A DNA stretch of 64,000 nucleotides from Bigelowiella natans CCMP2755 (taxonomy: Eukaryota > Protista > Cercozoa), in NCBI GenBank assembly GCA_000320545.1, contig ADNK01000772.1, positions 1 to 64,000 on the forward strand. The letters are read 5' to 3'. Below the pieces are notes generated by a model, which did no database searches, had not been told where the DNA came from, and saw only the letters and a list, made by a program, of their open reading frames with translations. The number at the start of each line of letters is the position of its first letter. The first letter of the stretch is position 1. Positions 29,592 to 40,720 of this stretch are shown here, one piece after another. A program made the translations under genes and the position numbers.

Positions 29592-29834
29592 GTGATGATA
29601 AAAATCAGAAAGAGAGAGAAAAGGATTGATATTGAGAGCTGCTACAGCCGGAACACTTAAAAAAAGAATGATAATGCTGTGGCCGCTGTATTTATGGCTC
29701 AATTATCTTGCTTCTACTCTATTCACCTGCATTATGATCTAATTCAATTAAACTCAATACTACCGGATTTGAAATAGAATTCAGATTTGACCAATGAGTT
29801 CGACTTCGATGGCGATGATGACGACGAAGTGTGA
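20886..29834 (+). CDS. DEAD-box RNA helicase with signal-peptide-like N-terminus, Tudor-like segment and acidic C-terminal tail
   Basis: Q motif PTNIQ, I SGSGKTLAY, Ia PTVELAQQ, Ib VATPR, II VLDEAD, III TAT, V ATGYCSLGIDF, VI RKIGRTARRGRKG. Last exon DLTNEFDFDGDDDDEV*. N- and C-terminal exon joins are only partly resolved. Confidence 0.85.
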
Positions 29835-29989
29835 AGCTGCTGCTTGCTACACAGGATACTAGGAAAATGGCACGGTACAACATGTGCCTATTGTACATGC
29901 ACCAAATTCTTGATTGCTCTAGCCCGCCATGAGTACTTGATTCTCTATTTGTATGTTACCTAGCTCGCTCGACATGGATGTATGTGAAA

Positions 29990-31100
29990 GTTTGCTCTCA
30001 TCTGCGTTTCAGCATGCGAGAGCAATCGTGCTCGCCACATGGCCGACAGCGAGCAAAACATGATCCCTTCTTGCAAGTCCACATTGTTGCAGGTGCATGT
30101 TGTGCGACGACCTTGTCAAAGTAGTGCGCGCGTGTTGTGGCGCATGCAACCGTGGAGGCAACGATCAACATGGCAACAGCAAGGAACTCTTGTTCTTCAG
30201 TTCCACTCTGTCGCATGCATGTGCCAGTGCGTGCACCTGCACCATCACCGCGGCACGCTGACACGATCAGCGTCGGCCATTCTAGCATTCCGAAGCACGT
30301 GGCCTGCCTTGACGACGAGATCAAAGACAACAGCCCGGCTGCGCCCGTTCTGCATGCGAATGGCTTCAATGCCGCGTCGCATCATTGCACAATGCCTGCT
30401 GCCATGCAGGCCGAGCGCAAGTTCTGGCTCAGACAATCAACAACAGCAATGCTAGAATGACTAGATGGCAGCATGCCAACTCCCACACATGCTAGCATGC
30501 GATGAATGCACAAACCGACGGCGCGACATGCGACACGTGCGCAGCGTTGTGTCCGCACGATGCGATGCGACTGACTTGTTGTCGCGCGACTTGGTGCTGG
30601 AATCACTGCTGGCAACACACGTGTGTTCGCAACGCGATCACAAAACACGTGCCCCCCCCCCGCAGAAGCCAGCCATCAACCTCTCACTCAGTCGCGTGAA
30701 ACTCGAATGACTGTTGTCGCGCACCTTGCTAGCTTGTGCTGGCACGCATCTCTGCTTGCTGGGAACACACACAAGCACTCGCAACGTGATCAACAGCAGC
30801 GATGAAAGCACCACATCTGATCGACGCCACTAGACAGAGCCGTTCATCATCTTGATAACGACCTGAACATGGGATGTGCCCCCGACACCCAACAAGTCTC
30901 ACATGGACGTCTCACTGCAATGTTGAGCAACGCAAGAAGAAGCTAAAACAATGCAAGCCGAGATGTGAAGAAAGATTCTTCATCTATGCAGCGTGAGCGA
31001 CCACGCTAGCACGAAATGTCATGTTCATGCATGCTAGCATGACTCGCACCAATGAGTAGCACATGCAACTTGGAACACAACAGACTCACAACTGACACAC
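29990..31100. other. TpA-depleted, CTAG-retaining intergenic island
   Basis: About 1.1 kb in which most of the few remaining TA dinucleotides are CTAG, CTA or TAG; rich in TGCA/CATG. Confidence 0.8.
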
Positions 31101-31123
31101 GTACACATGCAGACGACACACAT

Positions 31124-31159
<36 letters not shown>

Positions 31160-31616
31160 GGGGGGGGGGGGGGGGGGAATGGCTACGTGAAAACATTGCA
31201 TACGTGCATGCTTTGCATTCACATGCTCATTGAACTTGAAGGTTTGATACTAACAAAAACTTCACGTATTTCACAATATCTGTACATATTTTGTTTTATA
31301 AGCTCGACGAGACTGAGTGTATTGACACGAGTGCGACTAGAGGAACAATGTGGAAAAACTGTTCTAGCGTACTTAGAATACGGTTAGCATAGCATCGATT
31401 GGAGGAGGGTGTTGGGCATCAATGCTATTCATTGTATGTACAACGGCGAATGCGAAAGATCCAACGTATTAAATTTAGACATCCTAAATCGCTTAAATAA
31501 TTATACATTTTTCTGGGTTACAATGGCAGTTTAGCCGGTGATTGCTTGACGTGTGGGGGGAGCAGAAGGGTTTCCTAATATCAGAAAGAAGTAACAAAGA
31601 AGTAAGGCAAATGATG

Positions 31617-32545
31617 CTAGGGATTTGAAGACAATGCTTCTCTCTGATGGTTATGCCTTTTGTTGTACCAATCTTTTAAGCATCTCCAAATTTGAAAATC
31701 GTTTCGAATCATTGCGAGGTCTAAGACACATCTGAAAAGAGAAAAACACAAATATCTATTAGATTCATAGATAACGCAATAACTCCAAGCACAAATAGAA
31801 ATAAGTATAACCTGCCGCTGGCAGATTTTATGTCCAGATCAGCACCTAGTATATCGTGCAAAATCAAAACTTGACAGCCTGAACATGAAGAATAGAAATA
31901 AAACCTGCATCGATGAGGGCTTTCACGGAAGGAGGAGGTCCGACCATAGTGGCAACCATGAGCGGAGACAGACTGGGTTGATGAAAGAGGAGTAAGAGGG
32001 TCTCGCTCGAGAATTCAGAGTAACGCTCCATGGAAAGTCACGGCAACAGGTTGTTCTACCCTTTGTCAGAATGGAAATCGTTCTGCACTGCAACGCCAAG
32101 ATCCCCAAGGCAATCTTCTAGTGAACTCTTAGACCTCTTGTTCAATTCTTTTGGGAAGCTGCCAACAGGGCTCACATGAATGCAAATTCGATCTAAAAAT
32201 AACAGAAGCGAAACCTTCTGAGAATCTGTTTTAGTGTCTCCGTCCCATCAGTATGCATTGCTACGAGCATAAGAATTGTGAAGCCCTGCCAAGATTATAT
32301 GCTCCAGTGAATGAAAGTGATAGATACGTCTCATGTAAAAACACCTTGTACTGTTGTCCACATTTCACCAGATTTAACAGGGCACTCGTGTTCCTCATTC
32401 TTACATGCTTCCCAAGTGTCTCAAGAAAGTCCGCCTGAGAAGATATCAGAAATTAGCCAGAGGCTTGGCAACGGGATCAATCTTTCGTTCTCAGTGAACG
32501 AAGAACAGAAGGGACCTTGGGCGATTGAGGCGGGGGGTACGACAT
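31617..32545 (-). CDS. Small ankyrin-repeat protein
   Basis: Exons give GFTILMLVAMHTDGTETLKQIL, SPLMVATMVGPPPSVKALIDAG-ADLDIKSASG-RCVLDLAMIRNDFQIWRCL. Start codon tentative. Confidence 0.65.
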
Positions 32546-32966
32546 TAGGGCACACGGGTAGGAGAGGAGGCAGGATGAATACTGTTGCGTTTCATTTTAA
32601 AATCAGTTATTTTATTGGATCTTTTTTTATGGCGAAGAGCTAATTCCTACTTATTTTCCATTTAATGCAAGTCGTCAAATACTGAAGTACATGATTTGGT
32701 GAAAGAAGGAGATTATACTTGTGTGTGTAAAATCTTATTAGCAAACGAGAAGACGTTAGAGAAGAAGTAGAAATGTAGGAAGTACTTCCTACGTTGTCGC
32801 ACAATGAAACTCTGATTGATGATGCTACTCGTAGATCTAAATGCATTTCCAAGATGTGCTCGTAGATCTAGATCTACAGGTAGTGTTATGATGATGATGA
32901 AATGTGTATACTAGATCTAGTCTTGGAATTGTATGAGGAGATTTCGAGAAAAGCCAGAACCCTCGG

Positions 32967-33480
32967 TATACCTGGGATAAGTCATGATTTAATGAAATAC
33001 TATCCAGAATAAAACGGATTTAATCAATTATTCCGAATAATTTGATTAATTCGGGTTTTATAATAATATTATGTCATGGTATATTCACCATAAGAATTTT
33101 GGTGGTAAAATTGATACACTGTCTGGATTTCAACATCGCGATGACGCATAAATCTGATTTATTCCTGCTCCGTTGCTCCGTGCCCCATTTTTTTTTTTGG
33201 CACAACACGCATTTCCAATACGGATTTCCTTTCTCGTCCGACAATTTCGTAACCCATTTGCGAGAAAGTGCTTTGCCTGGAGCCATGGAGTAGACAGATG
33301 GATGGACAGTGGACAGCGCTAGGATGAAACGAGTCGGTGAATTGTGGATAATTTCACCTTGAATGCTGTTTCATGAAATCACGATTGATTCAGATTTATT
33401 GGGTGAAACCTCCTTAAAGAATCGGATTAAATCAGATTTAATCGGGTGTGAATTAATCAGAATTAATGCATGTCCCAGGT
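32967..33480 (-). mobile_element. Non-autonomous hAT-like DNA transposon remnant with a degenerate BED-finger fragment
   Basis: Inverted termini ACCTGGGA (32970) and TCCCAGGT (33473). Near-TSD ACCCTCGG/CCCCTCGG. Multiple subterminal GATT(T)AAT repeats. ORF 33074-33286 reads W..WKCVLC..RNKSDLC..C, resembling a BED finger. Confidence 0.55.
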
Positions 33481-33909
33481 CCCCTCGGAGAAGAAGCTAA
33501 CCCCTCGGAGAATCTTCAAAATCGCAAGAATAAAACTGACAAAATTACAAATCAGAGATAACGTTGAGAATGCTTTTTTTAAAATATTTTACGACAATTG
33601 ACCTTATTTGTCACATCTCAGAATTATAGGTCATTTTATGTCGTCGGAGATAAGGTCTTAAAACTGTTTTAGGGAAAATGAATAGCCTTTGAAGCAAAAT
33701 AAAACACATTTCACAAATTCCCTTCCAAAATTGCCTTTCCAAAAGTCGTATCCGTTTCACATTGTCATATGGAAACGTATAAAATTTACTACTTTCTTTT
33801 CATGAGACTAGTATAAATGTAATTTTTGTAATAAAATGTCCTTTCCAAAACATTGGTTGACATTGCCGAACGGAGCTTCGGAGTTGGGACACATCATTGT
33901 ATTTCCTCA

Positions 33910-35331
33910 ATGGACACTCGAATGGGCCCTCAAATGGCCGCCCCAATGGACACCCGAGGCACATCTGCTGCGTCCAAACTGATGCAATTTTCGAGGGATA
34001 TGCAGGCAAGGACGATTCCTACTGCACAAGCAATGGTTGCGCAACCAAGGAATGGCATGGTGTTGAATTCTCAATGTCATCAGAGAAACCACATGCCATC
34101 GGCAAGCAGTGCTCACGGACGTGCAAATTGGCGAGCTTCACCGCAAACTTTCGCTTCTAATTCCAGACCTCAAATCAGTCCGTACACTAATCCGTTCTTC
34201 GGTGGATTTGAATTCAAGTCCAACCAGCCTTGTCCAGCATCTTTCCAAGTAAACCACAAATGCAGAATTTCACATGTCGAAGCCACGTAAACTTTGAGAA
34301 CATGGAATATTATGTAATGAGGCGGTGAAACTCCTAATGCATGTGCAACATCTTTTCGTTGTAGATGTGCTTTCCTTGCAACTTACTTTTGACTTTTCTT
34401 TCCATTCCAGAGACTTAGGCGCAAACCTGTGCTTGATGACTCCATGGGACAAGAGTTGAAGTCTGATTACTATGGCTACCAAAACACTAAGTTACTTAGA
34501 GAGCATGATGGATCCTTTTCCCATGCCTCTATTCCACAACTTCACCAACAGATGAATGGCTTCTATCAAGGCCGTTCTCACATGAAAAGGCGACGTCTGA
34601 TGTCTGAGGAGAACATGATGCCTTATTCTGTAACAGAAAGAGAGCAACAACGGCAGTTCTTTGACCCTGACATGCTTATGCGTAGAGAGATCATGCAGTG
34701 GACGGAAGATCAAATGAGCTACCATGCATCTCGAAGAGCTCAAATTTATGGAAATCATGAGATGGGGCAACTGATCACAAATCCAAATCACGAGAGGTTG
34801 CAACGTATGAAGGAGGGACAAATGCCATATGACGCTTCATTCGCATCTCAACGATCCAGCCTGCGAGCTCCCCAAGGCTACATTATGGTACCAGTGCCCA
34901 GTCGTAAAGGTGTGAAAGGGAGCAAGCAACCAAGGCGCCTCCCAAATGGTATGGCTTGCCTCAGTTGCAGGCTTCGTAAAGTTCGTTGCAGCGGAACCAG
35001 ACCGTGCCTTCAATGCCTCTGCAGAAGCGAAGCATGCCAAGATGCGCCGAAGAAAGTTGGGCAAAAAAAGAGTTCAGAAAAAAAATCTGAGGGTACAACA
35101 AACCTTCGCCACCCCGAGCAGCAAAGTTCTGTTGCGTCAATTTCTTCATCGTCTGCTTCACTTTCTAACGCTGTGAATGGACGCGTCAAGTCTCAAGTTT
35201 CTTCATCGGGTTCACCTTCGTCTATATCGGGGAACGGCCTCTCTTCGCAAATGCGGAATGGTCAAAACATGAGCACGAAAAATGAGGAACTGTCCATCGA
35301 AGAAACTAGAAATCTGAAGAGGAAGCTATGA
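33910..35331 (+). CDS. Zn(II)2Cys6 binuclear cluster transcription factor (2 exons)
   Basis: RRLPNGMACLSCRLRKVRCSGTRPCLQCLCRSEAC fits C-x2-C-x6-C-x5-C-x2-C-x6-C. Phase-0 GT-AG intron ~34249-34410. Confidence 0.85.
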
Positions 35332-35480
35332 AATGCTCCGCATAGATTTTAGATTCTTCGGCAAACATTAGCTTGCAGCACTGCAATGGCCTACGCTAGC
35401 ACGGAGTGCAACTAGAGTTGTGAGATTGTGCAATTGGAAACCATGAGAACAATGGACAACGCAATGCAATGCCATGCCTG

Positions 35481-35571
35481 CAGATTCAACATCATAGCGC
35501 TGTAGCCGCTGCATTGCACACATAGCTACATGAGGATGACAATTGAACAAATCTGATTTGATTCATTGCAT
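35481..35571. repeat. Dispersed ~85-bp repeat, copy 2
   Basis: Matches 15786-15867. Confidence 0.8.
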
Positions 35572-35993
35572 CCGTCTTGCACAGCATGCTGGCATGCATT
35601 GTGTCACTGAGTCTGCTGTCATGACCATTCTCTTCATCAATTTTGTCGGTGCCTTCGATCACCTGACGAACGCATGCTAGCTAGCATGCAATTGCCATCA
35701 TCATCAGTTTTGTCCTCTTGAATGCCTAGATGCTAGCACATGCTGTGTGCATGTCATGTCACAGTCACACATTGCATCACGTCTGTCTGCTAGATGTGTC
35801 CATCATCTAGATCATCCACGCCGCTGTGCCTCACCACATGTGCACACGCTGCGAATGAGCCGAATCGAACGGTGGTGTCATTGCGCATCCGTGGAGCAAC
35901 AACTCATCACAAACTCAACTGCTCTAGCTAGGGCAGCAGTCTAGCAGTGCTGCATGGTTGTCACGTTCTGACCTGCTAGCCTGTGCCAGTGAC

Positions 35994-36619
35994 TGCAGTT
36001 GCATTGCGCAGCGCTGACAACACAACTGTGCAATTGCAAATGTGTGCTTTGACAATGCTTTGATGCCACAAAACTGAAACCCTGTTGAACACATGACATG
36101 ATCTGAGCATGCATGTGCATGCCACAAAAGGACAAAGCTTGCCGCTTGCTTGCGGGTCTTTTGGAGTGTGCCAAACTGGCCACTTGCGCGCCAATGCACA
36201 TCGTGTGCTGGGCACACAGCGTCCCCAGCAGCAACACGCTGCGCAGTCGCAGTTGCCTGAAGTGTTGGGGAAAACGTGGGCCACTTTCCCCTGTGACATT
36301 GTGATGCGCAGGCCGACTCCATGTCGCAAGTGAAACGCCGAGGGTGCTCCTAGGAACATCCACGGTTGGGGAAATGACCGAGAAGGATGTTCCCGGTTGC
36401 ATGCGCCCCCTCCTGTGACTGTGTTTCTGGGCATGTGACTTGCGTTGCACGCCCCTGCGTGACCAACTGTGCTGCAGTCTGGCAGTGTCAACAGCCTGAA
36501 CCCACACAAACATGCTCACATGAAAGTGTCAGACATGACAAAGCACAGCATGCACTGCCATTTGCACTGTGCATGTGCATGCGCGCTCACATGCATTTGG
36601 TGGTCGCAAACTGACCACA
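35994..36619 (-). repeat. 3' LTR of the Gypsy element
   Basis: tgcagttgcattg...ctgaccaca; aligns with 40106-40720. Confidence 0.9.
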
Positions 36620-36634
36620 CTGCCCCCCCCCCCC
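36620..36634 (-). promoter_or_regulatory. Polypurine tract (plus-strand primer site)
   Basis: G12-CAG on the minus strand directly abutting the 3' LTR. Confidence 0.85.
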
Positions 36635-36772
36635 AATTTTTGCACTCCCAACTCAACAATGACAACACGTGAGTGGAATCACGCGTGCTGGAAGAAAACC
36701 AGAAGAAAAGGGAAGAAAAATTTTTTTTCATCATCTGCACCCCCACCAATGTGTTTGCATGGGAGTGCATGT

Positions 36773-39700
36773 TCACGAAACCACAAAATTCCAAGAAGTG
36801 TGCGGACCAACATCGGTTGGTCTCCCATTGCGCTTGCCCTGAACAATGTTTTCCCGCGAAATCCGGTCACCAGGAGGCCCCTGGGAATCCGACGAGTCCG
36901 AGGAACCATCAGCATCCTCATCCTGCTCGTCAACAAAACTTTCCTCTGCATCTGGAGCCACCGGGCGCACTTCTGGCAACGGGGTGAGTGTGCCACAAGG
37001 CGAAAGATGTTTCGCGTGCACGTCATTGCTGTGCCCCGTCTTCGGGTCGATGATCTGACACGCATGGGATTTGGTGCTCCTGGCCACGACAGCAACAGGG
37101 CCAGTCTTTTTGATTTCACACTTTTTTGTGACAGCACTTTCTTTCCGGTTTTCCTTCCGGAAAAGCCACACCACATCCCCAACTTTGCATTCATCCTGAG
37201 TGTCAAGCTTCTCGTTTCTCCGGAAATTTTTCACCAATTCATGGTCCTCCTTCAGAGCAGCACGAAGCAGCCGCAGCTTTTCCAGATCTTGGATCCTCTG
37301 ATCGAGGTCCCCTGTCCCTGGAGCCACCACAGACTTGCTCTCCATGTCAGCCACGAACTTTGGCTGATGTCCGAACATCAGGTGAGCCGGTGAATGCCCA
37401 CTCTCATCAGTTGCAGTGTTCACACTGAACGTGATCATTTCCAAACACTTGTGCCAGTTGTGGCGATCCTCAACGTTTTGCAGAAGCATCGCCATGATTC
37501 CATTGTTGACAGGTCGATGCTTCCGCTCCAACACTGAGTTTCCCTGGCCATTCTTCGCCGAAACCTTGATGAACTTGAGCCGCAGCCGATTTTGCAAGTC
37601 TGGAAGTGCTGCATGATTTCACCAACGTTTTTTGGCCCTTGGTCAATGGTGATCTGCTTTGGGCATCCGTGTTTTGACACGTGCGACACGACAAAGTCCG
37701 CCGTGCGCGCCGAGCCAATGCGCTTCACCGCCCTTGCACACGTGCAACCAATGGCCACAACGCAGAGCGTCTGCATGCAGTGCTCAGCGCCGTCGACAGG
37801 GCCCATTGCATCCACTGCAATCGTGCCATCAATTTCGCGATCGCCATGCTGCAAACACGGCGCCTGCTTCACGCGCGTTTTTGCACGAATGCAGACCTGG
37901 CACTGCCTTGCAAACCTGCGGCAGGCTTTCTGGACTCCAACCCCAGTGACAGCCGCGTGGAATTTTTCTTGCGAGATCGTCAGCACCACGATGATTCGCC
38001 ACGTTGTCCACACGGTGCGCCTGCAGCACCTCCTGCCGTTCACCAGAAGGCACACAAAGCTGCAACGGCACTTCTCCTCCAATTTGGAAGGAGCCCATGT
38101 GGCATGGCTTGCCAGAAGCTGTTTTGTGTTTGGAGGAAACGAGAAGGTGATTGGCATTCTTCTCGTCCTCGAGAGCATCGATGATTTTCTTGAAATCAGG
38201 ACGCTGCTGCTCCAAGTTGATCTCGGACAGCGTCGTCGATGTTTGTGCTTCTGCAGCACAGCACGCCCAAGGCTGCAACTCCACAGAACAAACAGAGAGA
38301 TGAGGGACATTGTGGTCAATCATCGTCTCATCAGCCAAGCAAGAGGAGAGAGAAGCCACAGATGCAACCAGCTTTTCCTCCTGCTTCGCCGCCTCCGCAT
38401 GCAGCGGGAAAAGAGAGGCCAGCGACTGCCGATGCGACTTTCTTTCGTCGCGTGTTTCGTCGGCATCCGGCCGCGAGAAAGGGTCCACATTGGTGTGCTT
38501 TCCCCCCTTTCCACGTTGGATGTCCACCAACGGACATCCAGAGCGTGCTGCACTCAACCTTGCATGCGGCAGCTGCGTTTTGTCCATCCCATGCAGCGCG
38601 AAGTGTCGCGCCGTTTTCGCATCCATGCGAATCAAAATTGGGCAGCCTTTCGCAATGTGCTGGAACCTGTGAAGCCCCTTCGCTCCAGCCGTGAGCTCTT
38701 TGCGCAAAACGTGCCAGCTTCGCTCGTTCGTTTTCCAAGCGAACGAGCAGCAAGCCAGCAAACGCTCGCTCCCTCCAATTGCCTGGGAAAGCGCAGCACC
38801 TCCAGCAACGTCAGACGCGTCAGCATCAAGGACGAAGGGCTGGCTTGCAGGGACAGCTTCGTGATCAGGTGCACACGACACTGCCTTCTTGAGTGTGCCT
38901 TTTGATGCATCCAATGCTTTGTCGTGCTCGTCTGTCCATGCTTGTGCCGCTCCTTGCATGAGCAAATCCTTGATCGGCGCAGCGATTTGCCAGGAGCCTT
39001 TCGTGTGTTCCAAACAATGAACGAATGAACCAACAAGACGGCGCACGTGCTTTGAGAACCGCCTCCCTTTCATTGGACGCTCTGGCTTGTCCATGGCAAC
39101 CGTGCGCTCAGGATCTGGGCAGTGAGTCTTCGCTTCCTTGATCAAACCTGTCAGCTGCTGCAAGTCGCTCAGGAAAAACGCGCAATTTGGCAGCACTTTG
39201 ATGGTCATTGCACTTTTCGCACTGTTGCACAAACTTGGCAAAACCCACGAGCGCTTGCATCGGCGACTGTCCGACAGTGAAGAAGTCGTCGAAGTGCATC
39301 ACAGTGTCCGGTGTTCCAACAAGGAACCTGGCAGCCACCTCCTCGACCCAAACTTGAGGAGCGTTTTTGCATCCCATCGGCAAGCCGTCGCTTGCAAAGG
39401 GTGCAAACAAAGCAACGAATGCGAATGCCAATTTCGCACACTCGGTCACACCAAGCTGTCTCCATGCAGCTTTGCTGTCAGAGACCGTGACCCATTGAGC
39501 GTTCATCAATTTTCTCACTGTGTCCCAAGTTGCAGGGCAAACAGCACACGTGAGCTCGACGAGCTCGTTCAAGCGGCCCATCGCCACCACGACGCGTGGC
39601 AATGCTTTTCCTTCATCGTGTGCACAAAAAGCTGGCGACGCCCACTCGGATGTGTCACTTGTCACCTCACGACACAACCCATCGCTTGCCATTTGGTCCA

Positions 39701-39900
39701 GCGCTTCACAAGCTCAAGTTTGTTCGGCTCCAAACGGCAAGGCCGCTGGCGAACCGGCTTGCAGCCCGGCTTCAGCCACCGCTTGACATCGTGCGGCTCC
39801 CGTGATTTGCACTTGCCCACCTCCGGTTGTTTCATTGCAAAGTGCTTCCGGAAGCGGCGTGTGATGGTGCGAAGGTGACAGAACTGGGAATGCCGGGCGC
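36773..39900 (-). pseudogene. Frameshifted, Tyr-free Gypsy pol (RT, RNase H, integrase)
   Basis: RT: PVRQRPCRL, SEWASPAF, LPMGCKNAP, VMHFDDF. RNase H: FVLDADASDVAGGAALSQ, KELTA. Integrase: H..H..C..C, AVDAMGP, ITIDQG, GNSVLERKHR, GHSPAHLMFG, KVGDVVWL, VHAKHLSPC. Split over several frames. Confidence 0.92.
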
Positions 39901-40091
39901 CCGTTCCAAGCTTGTTCAAACGCTCAGAAGCCACGGGCTGAGCCACCGGGACACCTTCCCGTGACGCATGGCCACCCGTCGAAACTTCCGGATTTTCAAT
40001 CTTGGTTTCCTTGCCCTCAGCTTCCTCTGCATGGTTCCTGGGCTCACCCTGAGTCCCAATTGAGTTCCCTTGATCATCCGTTTGACGTGGT

Positions 40092-40104
40092 TCGTCCGCT
40101 GCCA
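40092..40104 (-). promoter_or_regulatory. Primer-binding site, possibly for tRNA-iMet
   Basis: TGGCAGCGGACGA lies 1 nt after the 5' LTR end. Restoring CA->TA gives TGGTAGCGGA, resembling the complement of an initiator-Met tRNA 3' end (inference). Confidence 0.6.
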
Positions 40105-40105
40105 G

Positions 40106-40720
40106 TGTGGTTGCATTGCGCAGCGCTGACAACACAACTGTGCAAGTGTGTGCTTTGACAATGCTTCAATGCCACAAAACTGAAACCCTGTTGAACGTGC
40201 AACACGATCTGAGCATGCATGTGCACACCACAAAAGGATGAAGCTCACCGCTTGCTTGCGTGTCTTTCAGAGTGTGCCAAACCAGCTGCTTGCTCGCCAA
40301 TGCACATCGTGTGCTGGGCACACAGCGTCCCCAGCAGCAACATGCCACGCAGTCGCAGTTGCCCAAAACGTCAGGGAAAGTGCAGGCCATTTCCCCCCAC
40401 AATGTTGCAATGCGCAGGCCGACTCCATGTCGCAAGTGAAACACCGAGGGTGCTCCTAGGAACATCCACGGTTGGGGAAATGACCGAGAAGGATGTTCCC
40501 GGTTGCACATGCCCCCTCCCATGACTGTGTTTCTGGGCATGCAACTCACGTTGCATGCCCCCATGTGACCAACTGTGCCATGGCATCAATGGCCTGAACC
40601 TGTGCAAACATGCTCACATGAAAGTGTTGGACATGACAAAGCACAGCATGCACTGCGGCCATTTGCACTGTGCATGTGCATGCGCGCTCACATGCATTTG
40701 GTGGTCGCAAACTGACCACA
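40106..40720 (-). repeat. 5' LTR of the Gypsy element
   Basis: tgtggttgcattg...ctgaccaca with terminal inverted TGTGGT/ACCACA. Confidence 0.9.

Larger units (their letters stand above)
35994..40720 (-). mobile_element. Ty3/Gypsy LTR retrotransposon, hypermutated, gag/protease apparently deleted
   Basis: Two ~620-bp direct LTRs with TG...CA ends and a perfect 5-bp TSD GTGAC (35989-35993 and 40721-40725). PBS and PPT are present. Pol order is RT-RNaseH-integrase. Confidence 0.95.

Noticed and set aside
36773-39900. Alternative genetic code or a naturally Tyr-free retroelement
   Set aside because: TA is missing in all frames, in the LTRs and in non-coding flanks. Adjacent host genes use Tyr and TAA/TAG normally.
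35994-40720. Classical RIP, or CpG-methylation decay alone
   Set aside because: RIP creates TpA and stop codons. CpG decay cannot remove TA or convert Tyr to His/Cys, and CpG remains common here, though it may explain some LTR differences.
35994-40720. ADAR-type editing of the retroelement RNA before integration
   Set aside because: That would be strand-biased, give matching LTRs and stop at the TSD. Here both strands, both LTRs independently and the flanks are affected.
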